The notes under the pieces are model-generated. The model saw only the letters and a list, made by a program, of their open reading frames with translations. It was not told the DNA's origin and searched no databases. 64,000 nt of DNA from Eledone cirrhosa (taxonomy: Eukaryota), in contig OZ024744.1 in NCBI GenBank assembly GCA_964016885.1, forward strand, positions 8,308,001-8,372,000. Direction: 5' to 3'. A program made the translations under genes and the position numbers. Shown in pieces: positions 1 through 12,610 of the stretch; the stretch's first letter is position 1, and each line of letters opens with the position of its first letter.

Positions 1-750
1 GGATGAAGGATTCTAGAATACCAAAACAACTCTTTTAGGGAGAGTTGGTTAAAGGAAAACGACCGCCACATAAACCAAAAAAGAGGTATAAGGATTCCTT
101 GAAAGCCTCTCTGAGAGACGCTAACATCTCTGCTGATACATGGGAGAATATTGCTGTTGATCGTAATAAATGGAGAAAGACTGTATATGAGGGAAAAGTT
201 GCCTATGAGGCATCTCGAATCGCATACGAGAAAGTAAAGCGGGATGTGAGGAAGGGCATTGCTGTTGCACTTCCAGACGGCGATGGTCCTCCTATGGTGC
301 TGACATGCAGTGTATGTGCAAGACTCTGCCTAAGCAAAGCTGGACTCGAAAGTCATCTTCGCAGTCATAAAGTAAGACCAGTGGTTGACTACCAGGCTGC
401 TGTTGGAGATGTTACTCATCATGCTTGCCAAACATGTGATAGAGAGTGTAAATCAGCAGGAGGGCTCAAACGACATGTAAAAGTACACGAACTCCAACCA
501 CAGCCGACTATTCCCAGTGAATGTTTTGGTTGCCGACTCTGTGCAAGACATTTTAGATCATTGGCTGGGCTAAAAAGCCACATTCGATCGCAGCGCTGTT
601 AGTTGCTATCGTGTGTGTGTGTGTGTGTGTAGATATATATGTATATGTATATTATTATTGTTGTTGTCGTTATTATTATTGTTGTTATTATTATTATTAT
701 TATTATTATTGTTATTAATGTATGTGTGTATGTATATGTGTGTGTGAGTA

Positions 751-848
<98 letters not shown>

Positions 849-935
849 TATATTTCTTTTTTTTTTTATTATTATTTTTTTTTTTATTTCTGCTCGTGCA
901 ATGGCCATACTCGATAACGAGGGGACAGCCATCAT
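1..935 (+). mobile_element. 3' part of an RTE-clade LINE (C-terminus with three C2H2-type zinc fingers plus 3' terminal motif); defective copy
   Basis: Reads MKDSRIPKQLF*GELVKGKRPPHKPKKRYKDSLK (RTE C-terminal motif; TAG at 36-38 where the copy at 12.7-13.3 kb has Tyr), then CSVC..H..H, CQTC..H..H and CRLC..H fingers, stop at 600-602. Terminal motif CGTGCAATGGCCATACTCGATAACGAGGGGACAGCCATCAT at 895-935 lies after a microsatellite block. Confidence 0.85.
610..890. repeat. Compound microsatellite (GT)n/(TTA/TTG)n/(TA)n/poly-T
   Basis: Directly visible; the ORFs called across it are low-complexity artefacts. Confidence 0.95.
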
Positions 936-1013
936 ATATGCATACATATATACATACATATGTACATACATATATACGTGCATACATATATCTATACATG
1001 CATCTCTATCTAT

Positions 1014-1245
1014 CTAAGGCGGGTAAAATTCCCGAGTTCCATGGACGAGTTCTCTCCAGCGGTCTCTGTCCCTCATTATCGCTGCCATATCCTGCATCTC
1101 CAACAGACCAGTGTCTGTCCTTAGGGCATCAACATACGTTAACCTTGGTCTTCCACTTCCAGTGTGTCCATGTAGGGGCTCCCACAGGAGCACTGAGTGC
1201 AATGTCAACTCTGGATGTCGGTGAGCATGTCCAGCTAACCTCAGT
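1014..1245 (-). mobile_element. 3' fragment of a second LINE family (RTE/RTEX-like C-terminus)
   Basis: Minus strand LRLAGHAHRHPELTLHSVLLWEPLHG..GRPRLTYVDAL....RDRDRWRELV resembles the GH..R / GRP..TY.D / DR..W C-terminal LINE motifs. Confidence 0.7.
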
Positions 1246-1453
1246 ATGTGTATGTATATATATATATATGTATATATATATATAGTATATTTTAGTATCG
1301 TGGGAGAGTAGCGGTTTAAAGGGATAAGCGATACATATAGTTAGTTGCCAAAAGCTGGTGCATGTATACTCAATACTTGTGCCTTTGTGCCTACAGCGTT
1401 AAATATCGGAAGCGTTAATATTTAGTGGGCGAGAATATAAGCAGAGCGGTTAC

Positions 1454-1793
1454 AAATGAAAGGATTACAAAGGAGAATACATACTGTTAGAACATGTTTA
1501 ATCAAAAGCACCTACGTACGTTTCGCCCGAAAAGGGCTTCTCAAGGGCATACAAATCTAGAGAATGTTCGGTATAGAACCCAGAAGGGGTTTTAAGAAGA
1601 AAATCACATCGAAGTTCATTCATGATTCAAACAGACATGGTTGTTATTGTCACAGAGCAAGAGGGATAACTCTGACTGGTGTTTGAATAGATTTGTATGC
1701 CCTTGAGAAGCCCTTTTCGGGCGAAACGTACGTAGGTGCTTTTGATTAAACATGTTCTAACAGTATGTATTCTCCTTTGTAATCATTTCATTT
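1454..1793. repeat. ~106 bp inverted repeat (arms 1454-1559 and 1688-1793), probable inverted PLE pseudo-LTR ends
   Basis: Arms are near-perfect reverse complements (one mismatch seen). Each carries a hammerhead-like motif CTTGAGA-A-GCCC..GGGC-GAA-ACGTACGT-A. The right arm ends at (TA)n. Confidence 0.85.
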
Positions 1794-3992
1794 ATATATA
1801 TATATCGACTCCTTTCTCTCCTTCTTCTGCTCCTTCCACCCCTCCCTCCACTTCACCACCTCTATCTCCACCACCCACGTCCACTTCTTAGACATCTCCA
1901 TCGCCATCGACCCCTCCCACCGCTCCCTCATCACCTCCGCCTTCTTCAAACCCACCTCCTCCCACTCCAACCTCGACCTCACATCCTCCCACCCTACACA
2001 CACTAAACACTCCATCCTCTACTCCCAATTCCTCCGGATCCGCCGCCTCTACTCCGAGATGCTGACTTTGAGTCCCAGGCCCTTTCCCTAGTCAGCCATT
2101 TCATCCGGCGAGGTTACCGCCCTCACTCGCGCCCGTGCTGTCCATCGCTCCACCGTCCTCACTCCACGCCACCGCACACCCACCCACCATCTCCCCTTCC
2201 ACGTCACCTACCACCCCACCCCTCCACCGCACCATACTCCGCCTCTTCCGACGCCTCCTGTCCGACCCCTCCACCTCCCACATCTCCCCCTTCCTTCAAA
2301 CGCACACGCAATCTCCCCCCTCCTCGTCAATAGCCCCCCCTCCTGTTTCCTTCCCTGCTCCAGGCCTCGTTGCCACACCTGCCCCCGCATCACCAACACC
2401 ACTACCTTCCAGTGTCCCAACGGCCACTCTCTCTCTGTCCGGCACGCCTCCTCTAACCTAGTCTATGGACTTCGCTGAACGGTGTGCAGCGCAACCTACA
2501 TCGGACAGACTGGACGTCGTCTGGAACACCTCCGGGATATACACCTCAGCGGGAGTTCCCCGATCGCCCGCCACTTTTGCTCCCCTGGACATTCCACCCA
2601 CCACCTCACAGTCTGTGGCCTACTCCAATGCGATGGAACACCCGCCACCCGCCTCACGGTCGAACAACGCACCATCTTCACCCTACAAACTCACACACCC
2701 CCGGCCACAACTCCCCACCTCTATGCCTTTAGCCTTCGAACACATTCCCCACTAACACCACTAACACACTCCTCCTTTTCACTGCCCCACCCCCTTGGCC
2801 CATCCTACAACTAACGATACTAACACCAATACCACACCCCCAGACCTCCCCCAACTAACAATACTAACAACCCCACCCCTCCCCCTAACACGCACACATC
2901 CACCTGAACATATATATACACACTCTACTACCACCACTAACCCTCACCCACACATCCACCCTACAACTAACATCAATAACCTCCCCCCGACCCCACGCAC
3001 ACGAACACACACCATCTCACACACACACCCACACCTATGTACACCACCCACTACACAAACCCAACCTTCGCTAACCCCCACTACACACCCGCTTTCAACC
3101 GTTTCCCCACCACATCTAATACTAACACCCACTAACACCCTCTTTACCACACACACACTCATCCAAACATGTACACATACACCAGTACACTATACTCCCT
3201 CCTCCGACCCCAACACCTCTTCTCTCCCTCTCTCTCTCCCTCTCCCCGCTCCACCTACACCCCTTTACACACACACATCCCACTAACACCTCTACTAATA
3301 TACACCCCATCCCCCCACATCACCACCTTCCCCCACCGCCCCTCACATCCTCTCCTCTGTCCACCATACCTCCGCACACACAGACACATACACAGTCCTC
3401 ACCACACTGACCGTTTCTCCACCTGTCATCCTCCTCTACTGATATCTCTTCACCCTGCCTTGACCCTCTGACCACTTCCTGTTGCGCGCGCACCCCACTT
3501 CCCTCCACTTCCGATCACCACCAACATTGGATTCTACACCACCGATCACAGTTCCAGCTATCCACTCCATAGCATGAAAAATATCCAGCATCCCCTCGCA
3601 CACTCCACGGAACTACCTTAGGAACTTACCCACGAACATACACTCACATTTTTTTTCGTACCACGCCACCTACATCCACACCACGTATAAACACAAACAC
3701 ATACCTGCGTACCCCTACATATACACACTTAGCCTCCGGAATTCCCACGCCCCCTCCCCAACCCCATGACCCCTCTCTTTCCACACGCACGCACACACCG
3801 ACTTACACCCCACCCCACGCACACACCTTTTCCTGAACATGGAACCTCGTTTTCCCTCAACACTCACATTCACATACACACGTACACACACACACACGTA
3901 CATCTACGCACACACACAAACACCACCTTCAGCTTTGCCCTCTTCACCCCGCCACCACCCTTACACGCCTCACACCCTTCCACCACTTGTTC

Positions 3993-4182
3993 ATTTTATT
4001 TTTTATTTTTGTGTTTTTATTTTTATTTTTATTTTATTTTTATTTTTATTTTTATTTTTATTTTTATTTTTATTTTTATTTTTATTTTTATTTTTATTTT
4101 TATTTTTATTTTTATTTTTATTTTTATTTTTATTTTTATTTTTATTTTTATTTTTATTTATTTTTTTATTTTTTTTTATTTT
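3993..4182. repeat. (TTTTTA)n hexamer microsatellite
   Basis: Directly visible. Confidence 0.95.
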
Positions 4183-4262
4183 TCTCCTTCCCCCTTTTTT
4201 CTAAATGTCTTTCCACCCCTCCTCTACACACCCTCGGAACTCTCTTCCTACGCAATTTTCTC

Positions 4263-4290
4263 CTGAAGAAGGGCTTATGCCCGAAACGTC
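4263..4290 (+). ncRNA. Minimal hammerhead-like motif of a PLE pseudo-LTR
   Basis: CTGAAGA-A-GGGC-TTAT-GCCC-GAA-ACGT-C: catalytic core, stem II and palindromic ACGT stem III; stem I is poorly supported. Confidence 0.55.
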
Positions 4291-4403
4291 GTTCCCCACC
4301 CCCACTCTCAAGAGCGTGAACCTAATAAACCTTTATTTGTCTGCCTCTCTGTTTTTGTTTCCGTCCAAGTTTTCACTATATATATATATATATATATATA
4401 CAC

Positions 4404-7400
4404 ATGAAGACTGTAAACTCGTGTTCTAACATTGCCATCGCCCGATTAAATGCTCAAAATGTAAGGCACAAATGTGACTCTTTAAACCAGCCACAGACAT
4501 GACAACTGTAGGCTCCTCTGAGACGTTCCGCTGTTTGGTTCTGACTGTATGTTCTCATATGTCTTTTGAGACCTCCCATGCTAGCACACTCCTTGCCACA
4601 TTCCTTACACCTTTTCAGATCCTAATCTACATGAGGTCTACTGATATTACTGTGTTCGTGTCTAGTCAAACCAGCTTTACTCAGACAGACAAGTATCTTA
4701 TGAAGAGATTGTTGGTGAAACCTCTTCAGTTCCTTGAGGTGTTTTCTGTATTTGACCCACGTTTCACAAGCATAAAGCAGAGAGGAGATGACACAAGCAG
4801 ATACTCTTTTACCTTGATGTTGATAGTGATACCTCAGCCGGACCATAAACGTTCATGCAACCATCCAAAAGCATCATTGGCTTCCTTGGTGTAGTGTACT
4901 CTTTTCCAGGTGCTGGCTGATACATGACAACAGTCTTTTCCAGGTGCTGGCTGATACATCACAACAGACTTTTCCAAGCTTATTGTGAAGCCCAAAGCGC
5001 TGCAAGCTTCAGAAAAAGAATTTATAACATGCTACATGTCACTTTGTGAATGTGCAAAAAGATCGCAGTCATTTGCATATGAAAACTCTCGGATTGTAGA
5101 TGTTAATACCTTTGTGCTTGCACCAAAGTGCCTGATCCATGCGGACAATTTTTCCTGAATGCCATGAGAAACACTATCGTAAAATATAAGGAAAACAGAG
5201 TTGGAGCCGGAATGTCCCCCTGCTTCACTCCATTTTCAACTGATATTGGTTCAGATATTGCTACCACCAATACTGACCGACACTTTCATGTCATCATGAA
5301 AAAGACGCAACATTTTCACAAACTTAGAAGTGCAGTCAAGCCTTTCTAACATTTTCCACAATGCAGTTCGATTGATGGTGTCAAAGACCTGGTAAGGGTC
5401 CATACAATGTCCGATACACTTTTCATGCAGCTGCCGAACAGAAAAGATTCTATCCACTGTTCCTCTTTCGTTTCTGAACCCACACTGTGACTCAGGCAAC
5501 ACATTCAGAGAAACCCCTGAGATCAATCTATCCATCAAAATTCGGCATATGACATTACCAACCACTGAAAGAAGTGATACGCCACGATAATTGCCACATT
5601 TGTCTTTCCTCATCCTTTCCTTTATGGAGAATCACCATCGTTTCAATCTCGTGGGACATTCTCATCTTCCCATACCTTTTAATACGGTCAGTCAGGCGCT
5701 GTGTGAGGTTTTCCCATCCGCATTTCAAAACCTCTGCACTCAGACAATTCATACCAGGAGACTTAACACAGTTCAGCTTAGGCTCAGCAGAAGTCACCTC
5801 TACAAGAAAAGGTACATTAGCCATCTCATGCTTCACTGGTTCAATAGGAATGGGGCAAATGAAATCATCATCAACCTGGGATGGCTGGTTCAAGACCTCA
5901 TCAAAGTGACCTCTCCATCTGTCGAGTATGTCTTTTAGATCACGCAGTAACTGCTTGCCATCTTTTGATCTCAACAGTGTCACTGGTGAGCTGAAAGGAT
6001 AATACACCTCATCTGCTTTGTTGCTCCAACAGGTATTTTGCATTGCCCTGAGTTTCACCTGCACCTCCTTCTTTACCTGTCTGTAACACTTATAATTGTC
6101 ACCAACAGAGTTACCACCTTTAAGAACTGCATCGAGTGTCTTTTGTTTTCTGTCCAGTAGAGCCTTGACATCCCGGTCTTTCTCATCAAGCCAGTCCTTG
6201 TGTTTTCTTGTAACAAACCGAAGGACCTCAGCTGAAGCCTCATAGACCGAACTCCTGAAGTCATTCCAGTTGTTCACACAATCAATGTTTCCATGACTGC
6301 GACGCAGCTCTTCCTTGACACCCTTATCCCTTATATTCAAGTGCCTTGGAATCTTGACACCATTTGTTCTTATTTGAGGTTTGATCACAAAGTTAGCCTT
6401 ATCGCGCACCAGACGATGGTCTGTCCAACGCTCTGCTCCACACAGAACACGTACTTGCTTGATATCCTGCATGTCAAGTTCCTTCACAAGAACATAGTCG
6501 ATCAGATGCCACACCTTCGACACAGGGTACATCCATGTTGTCTGGAACTTATTCTTTTGCTGGAACATTATGCTTGTAATGAACAAATCTAACTCCACAC
6601 ACATCTGTAGCGAGAGAAGACCATTGCTGTTACATTTCCCTATGCCATGTCTGCCGATCACATCCCAAGTCTCATAATCCCTTGCATCGCGTGCGTGGAA
6701 ATCACCAAGTACGACAATTTTGGCTGCTGAAGGAAGCTTTTTGACAAGTTCCTTCAAAAACCTGTAAAAGGTGAGCTTCTACTCTTCATTGGAATTCATC
6801 GTCGGGGCAATTGTAAGGTAACAATTCTACATCAGATGAATTCTCATGATATGAGGCGATGACTAATGCCACTTGGAAACTGGTCAAGTGTCGACACCAA
6901 AGACGTTTTCACAACAAATGCCACACCTGCCTCTCTTTTGCATCTTGCTGTTCTGCCACCCCAGTAAAACGTATAGCCACTTGACATCTCAGTGATATGA
7001 CATTCTTCGAGCGGCCTTGTTTCAGATAAGACAACAATATCCATATTGTATCGCCCCAGATCTTTGGCAACAAGAACTGATCTTCTTTCTGGTCGTCATT
7101 CTGAAGACACCACATCTTATAAGGTCCGGATGTTCCAGCAACCAATATTCATAGGTTTCTTCTTCTTCTTCTTCTTCTTCTTCTTCTTCTTCTTCTTCTT
7201 CTTCTTCTTCTTCTTCTTCTTCTTCTTCTTCTTCTTCTTCTTCTTCTTCTTCTTCTTCTTCTTCTTCTTCTTCTCAGGATGACGACCAGGCACATGCTTT
7301 GATGCCATGGAACACCTGCCGGGCCAGACCCTTTCACCAACAGTTCCAGAGTCACTAATTCTTTTATTACTGAATATATTTGCCTTTTTGGGGTTATGAC

Positions 7401-7700
7401 CAGCCACAATGCAGCAAATTATTTGTTCAAATCGATCAGGCGATGCCTGTGCTTAAAATTTTTAAGTGAAGAAAAGCCTTCCATCGAACTAATCCAACTC
7501 TGTGAGTGTGGAGAGCATGCACCGAAAAGAAGAACTGGTCAACATCATCGGGTGCCCATAACACAGCAGGTGTTTATTCGGAGTTTCCCTTTCTTAGAGA
7601 AGTGTTGCGGCAACAGCTAAGGGGGCATCTGACTGTCAGCGGGCTATCTGTGCGCTTGGACGCCATCCCAGGTATTTATTGTGTCCGCGACCACCTTTAG
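4404..7700 (-). mobile_element. Near full-length but decayed RTE-clade LINE (5'UTR, APE, RT, internally deleted C-terminus)
   Basis: APE motifs MNIGCWNIRTL, DIVVLSETR, GVAFVVK, VVLGDFHAR, HLIDYVLV, WTDHRLV. RT motifs KSPG, NYRGVSLLS, LPESQCGFR, GVKQGDIPAPTLFS, YANDCD (degenerate YADD). C-terminal LLYACETW and AGLKSH remnants. Many frameshifts. Confidence 0.9.
7157..7274. repeat. (TTC/GAA)n, about 39 units, inside the RTE N-terminus
   Basis: Pure trinucleotide run immediately upstream of PMNIGCWNIRTL on the minus strand. Confidence 0.95.
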
Positions 7701-7825
7701 ACACTATTTTTAAAAGACCTAAAATCAATATACAAAATCATACGTACGTAAACAGACAGCAGAGGATATTTAAAATATGAAAGATGAAAGATTTAAGAGA
7801 TTTAAAAGTTAAAATAAAGATTAAT

Positions 7826-9160
7826 GTATATAGATATAATGGTATCTGTAATAAAGAACGCGTAACCAGGGAATACTACACCCGATTAAGAAAGATCTGG
7901 TCATCGGAACTCTCAGCACACAACAAAACAGTGGCTCACAATGTGTTTGCTGTGCCTGTCCTAACGCCAACGTTTGGAATACTCAATTGGACGATAGACG
8001 AAATCCGAGAAGTTGATGTTGAAACTCGACAAATACTGAACAACACCGGAAACTTCCACATCAACAGTGACATAGACCGCCTTTACTTGAAACGTAAGCA
8101 GGGAGGCAGAGGCCTAACATCAGTCCAGACAACATTTGAATGTCGCATCATATCTCTCCGACAACGTCTACGAACCTCAAAGCGTAGGAGCCCGTTTCTC
8201 GAGCAAGTCTATCTGCATGAAACAGATAAGATCATGAGAGTTGGGAAGGAACTCCTTGAGAGATATTCCCTGTGTGATAATCAAAAACTCACACCCAGGG
8301 AAGTTGCCCAGCAGTATCGCAGTGAATCCATGGATGAAAAACTGCATGCCTATCAGCAAAAAATCATGCATGGATATGTTGCCAGGAAGCTCCAGAGTGA
8401 GAGTAATATAGATGAGGAAAGTAGTTTATCTGGGACCAACAACCACTATATTGGCTCCCACTTTGAAGGATACACTTATGCAATCCAAGAACAGGAAACT
8501 AACACGAAATACCTGATTCACAAAAGAGATAGGGATGCAGGTAAAACACCTAGATGTGATAACAAGTGCAGACTCTGCAGAACTAACATCGAGGATATCA
8601 CCCATGTCATCAGCAGCTGTCCAAAGATATCATCGCGGTACTATCTACCTATGAGGCATGATGTGGTGGCCAAAACACTGTACAATGCAGTTCGTAAAAA
8701 AGATAGCCCCGATAATAAACACATTAAAAGCTACAGCAATGTGGAAGACATACATGTACATAATATGAAAGAGTACTGGTGGAATGTTCCAGTAAACACC
8801 CCAATAAAATGCAGGCATAACAGAGCAGATACAGTGATAAGGGACAGGGAAAAGAAGGCATGCACAGTAGTCGAAGTTAGATGCCCCACAGATGGCAATA
8901 TAATATCAAAGATTAGCGAAAAGGAGAATATTTATGCAGAACTGATGAGGAATCTGCAGATACTCCACCCTGATTACACCTTCAGATTTATGCCTGTGAT
9001 TATTGGGGCACTGGGATATGTTAGTAACTGCCTCAATAGAAATCTTGAGAAGCGAGGCTTCACAGACACAGAAAGAACAGAACTAGTTAGGAAATTACAA
9101 GTACAATCCATTAATGGAACAGTCAAAAATATGTAAAACATTCCGAAAATTCGGCATCTA
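7826..9160 (+). mobile_element. 3' fragment of an R4/Dong-like non-LTR retrotransposon (RT thumb, CCHC knuckle, restriction-like endonuclease)
   Basis: ORF 7784-9136: DRLYLKRKQGGRGL, AIQEQE, CRLC...HVISSC...RHDVV, WWNVP..R(A)D..EVRCP..K..K..Y, PVIIGALG. The RPD motif is altered to RAD and the 5' end is truncated. Confidence 0.85.
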
Positions 9161-9399
9161 ATAACTGCATATACACATGTACAGATACAACTTAAAACAT
9201 ACACAACCATGCATACAATAACATCCATATCTGCACACACATGCATGCATGCAGACATAGAGACATATCTACCTAGTTGATGTTGTGTAAATTCCAATGA
9301 GAGTCTTGTGTCTATGTTAGAAACCGACATTCTCGCTATTGGTAAAAATGTGTGAAATTATAAAATCAGAAGAACACAGACCATAGAGGGGATAACTGA

Positions 9400-9850
9400 T
9401 CAAAGAGCCTGGTATGGAGTTCCGACAAGTTTATGACATCCCACCTTGAAGGATATCTCTATGCAATACAGGAACTAGAAATCCCTACCAAATATCTGAT
9501 ACACAAAAGATGAGGGCCCATCAGTCGACGATAAATGTAGAATTAAAAGGTGTTCTGTTGTAGAGATCAGCTGCACATTTGATGTCAACGTTGTAAGAAA
9601 AATACAAGTAAAGGAGGACCTCTACGGACCAATGATGAGGAGATTGCAGATCCAGTATCCGAGATACACCTTCAGCTACATACCCATCATTATTGGAGCT
9701 ACAGGTTATATACTAACCCGCTTGGACCAAAGTATGACTGAACTTGTATTTGCGGACAAAGAGCGCAGCTCCCTAATTCAGAGACTACAAATGGCTACGA
9801 TAGCTGGCACCTTCAAAATTTGTAAAACATTCTTGCGATTCAAGGGATGA
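9400..9850 (+). mobile_element. Internally deleted R4/Dong-like remnant of a related family
   Basis: AIQELEIPTKYLIHKR then CSVVEISC.FD.NVV.K..KEDLY..MMRRLQIQYP..IPIIIGATG, paralogous to the ORF at 7784-9136. Confidence 0.75.
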
Positions 9851-9953
9851 CAATTTCTTTTCTTTTACACCATTGCTACCAGGAAGGTGGCTGGTTACAA
9901 ATATACTCGAAATTAAGAGAAAGAGAAACATACATACATACTTATATACATAC

Positions 9954-10460
9954 ATGATGGCTGCAAACTCTGCTAAGAGTATTAAAATTGCTTGTCAGAT
10001 TTTAGAGTTTGGTACCCTTTTAAGCTACGACCAGCCACACTAACCTGTAACATATCCTGAACAAGCAATGTCTGTGGGAAAAGGCCTTGCACTCGACAAA
10101 TGCCACCCTCTGAGCATCGACAACACTACCCGAAAAGGAGAACTGGTCAACATCATTGGATGCTTCTGAAGCCGCAGGTCTTTTTTTTTTTCAGTGTTTA
10201 CCTCTCCTAGAAAGTGGTTGTGACAACAACTGGAGGGCCGTTCACTCTCCGGTGGGAAGAAAAGTATTATTTTGATGGCCGTTGACAATGCTGAGTTCCT
10301 CTACTTTTCGCCGGGTCTTGTATTTCATCCCGCAGGGTGTCCAAATATCACCCTCTCACCAAGCAAGCTTGGTGGGGTTGTCGGTTTAGTCGCCGACGAC
10401 CCGACCACGAGACAGGTTGTACTGGGTTACATGTTACCAGTAGCACTCAAGAGCGATCTG
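9954..10460 (-). mobile_element. Short non-autonomous RTE-related element (RTE 5'UTR-like body + RTE-like 3' end)
   Basis: Shares CCGAAAAG(A/G)AGAACTGGTCAACATCAT(C/T)GG with the RTE 5'UTR at ~7522-7551; ends on the minus strand in CAGCCATCAT plus a (GTAT)n tail like the RTE 3' ends. Confidence 0.6.
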
Positions 10461-10527
10461 ACATATATATATATACATATAAACATATATACTTACATAT
10501 ATACATATATACATACATACATATATA

Positions 10528-11803
10528 CAGGGGTTGGACAAATTAATGGAAACACGTTAAAATTTCAAACAAATTTATTTTAATATGGGGTAGGACCGCC
10601 TTTGGCAGTAATTACAGCTTGAATTCTACGAGGTATGGACTCGTACAAAGTTTGAATTGTTTCCAAAGGAATGTTTGTCCATTCTTCAGCTAAAACAGTC
10701 TCCAGTTCTTGTAATGGTGATGGTGGGGGATATCGACTCCTTACTTGTTTTTCTAAAATGCACCACAAATGTTCAATAATATTGAGATCTGGGGACTGTG
10801 GTGGTAAGATAAGATGTTCAACTTCACTAGAATGTTCCTCGTGCCATTCAGTAACAACTTTAGCTGTGTGAATTGGTGCATTATCATCCTGAAAGATTGC
10901 GTTTCACTCCGGAAACAGTTCCGCAACCATAGGATGAATTTTATCAGGTAAAATGCTTAAATAGTCTTGACTATTAATTCTGCCACGAAGGGATGCTATT
11001 GGGCCGACGGATTTCCAAAGTATAGCCCCCCCCCCCCCCCCCTTGATCATCACAGATCCTCCTCCATGTTTAACAGTTGGAAGAAGGCAGTCTTTGTCAA
11101 ATGCTTCTTTTGGCTGTCTCCACTCGGCCGGTGGTCGGAAATAAGGTAAAGGATGACTCGTCGGAGAAAATACCATCTTCCACTGCTCTAGGGACCAATT
11201 TTGTAGGTGTTTACTCCACTCTAAATGCTTTGCAACGTTTGGTTTTTAAAGTAGTGGTTTTCTGATTGCAGCCCTCCCGTGAAATCCGGCTTTGTGCAGC
11301 TCCCGGCGAACAGTTTTTGTGGAAACTGGGTTCTCGGGGTGGTCATTAAGCTCTGCAGTAATTTTGGGAGCTGTACTTTTGTGATACTTTCTAACAATTC
11401 GCGTAAGAGTCCGACGGTCCCTATCTGAAAGTTTGGTTTTCTTCCGGAGTTTTGTTTCGACGAGGAGGTTTTTTCCCCTCTTTCTCAAAGGATGTCATTA
11501 CTTTCGAGACAGTACTTCTTGATACACCAAACATTTCGGCTGTTTTAGTTAGGCTAGCGCCTGCCATACGAGCACCAACAATTTGACCTCTTTGATAGTC
11601 CGATAGATCTGTCATTTTAATGAATTTTAATTACCTTTTTCTGATGATATCTGAAAAGAAACAGCAATTTTAACAAAACATATTAAGCAACACAAATAAT
11701 AAATAAAAAACATAAAAATAAACAAGCTTTTGACGGTTTTATAGATATTTCAAAATTATGATGCTATGATGCTAGGTGTTTCCCTTATTGTGTCCAACCA
11801 CTG
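10528..11803 (-). mobile_element. Tc1-family DNA transposon with frameshifted transposase (10580-11615)
   Basis: 28-bp TIRs CAGGGGTTGGACAAATTAATGGAAACAC (10528-10555) and 11776-11803 (24/28 match); TA on the left flank. Protein pieces MTDLSDYQRGQIVG, VFSDESS, TVKHGGGSVM, FQDDNAPIH, SPDLNIIEHLW, SIPRRIQAVITAKGGPTPY. Confidence 0.92.
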
Positions 11804-11849
11804 AACATATATATTCACTTTTATATACGCATATACAATCAAATAGCTA

Positions 11850-12525
11850 TCAAATGACATCAACTTAAGCAGTGTGGGTGCTGTGAACAGATTTGATTTT
11901 AGACATGTAACTTACCGTGTCTCGCACCGAGTTTGCAGGCTTGCAACCATCTCCATATAACGTTATTAGCCTCTCGAAACTAATTATGTATTTTGATATT
12001 CCTTTTTAGGCCGTCAGAAAACTTGTATTTTTTGCCACAGTTTTTGCATATGTATGTTGTATTTCCGTTCATGGCGATTTGGTAATCAGCAGGACCATTA
12101 TAGTCATACTACAAAGATGACTTTTCTTACCAACCTTGCCGAGATAGAATCTGTTACAGATTTCACATGTTAAACCATCAACATCACCAGTTTATTGTGG
12201 TAAATTAACGGCACGTCCCTTTTCTGACATCACTTTCATATTTGTTTATGTTTTACCCAAGATATCTCGAAACCATCTTTCCTTGATAGACCATATTTCA
12301 CCATTTACTTCTATTAAAGTCTTCAGATTCCCTTATTGCAGTATTGATGTTAACTCGTATAAATGACTCTTTAAGGCAGTCCATATATCTCTTCCTGGAC
12401 TTATGAGGTCATTAACCAGCCATACAAAATCCTCTTGGGAATCTGGCTGTCAGTCATGCACACCATGGGACCACTCCATCTGTTTTTCAGAACTAGAGTT
12501 TCGATGCTTAGGTCGTTGGCGACAA
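11850..12525 (-). mobile_element. Highly decayed RTE 3' fragment with zinc-finger remnants
   Basis: SIETLVLK.RWSG..MTDSQIPKRILYG, KRYMDCLKES, TCEICNRFYLGKVGKKSHL, YICKNCGKKYKFSDGLKRNIKIH. Confidence 0.7.
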
Positions 12526-12610
12526 AAACATACATATATATACATACATGCATACATATATAAACACATACATACATGCATGCATACATATGCATCATAT
12601 ATATATATAC

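Larger units (their letters stand above)
1803..4377 (+). mobile_element. 5'-truncated, frameshifted Penelope-like element (Neptune-type RT thumb + GIY-YIG) with long C-rich 3' region
   Basis: FHPSLHFT..HFLDISI..FKPTSSHSNL..SSHP.HTKHSILYSQFLRIRRL (PLE RT C-terminus); PCSRPRCHTC; NLVYG..CSATYIGQTGRRL..EHLRDI..PIARHF (GIY-YIG). pLTR-type motif at 4263-4290, AATAAA at ~4324, (TA)n on both sides. Confidence 0.85.

Noticed and set aside
606-4319. Many short ORFs rich in YI/HT/CV/FI and P/T/H
   Set aside because: Translations of microsatellites and C-rich low-complexity DNA.
4900-4976. 34-bp tandem duplication
   Set aside because: A local duplication inside a dead RTE copy, with no sign of function.
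10340-10460. HDV-like ribozyme at the 5' end of the RTE-related element
   Set aside because: Strong hairpins are present (GGGTTGTCGG/CCGACGACCC; TACTGG/CCAGTA) but I could not assemble the P1-P2-P3 double pseudoknot by eye; needs an RNArobo/Infernal search.
11905-12400. Downstream host exon of the mucin-like gene (GGTAAG donor-like site on the minus strand at ~11915)
   Set aside because: The region translates as a decayed RTE zinc-finger tail with stops.
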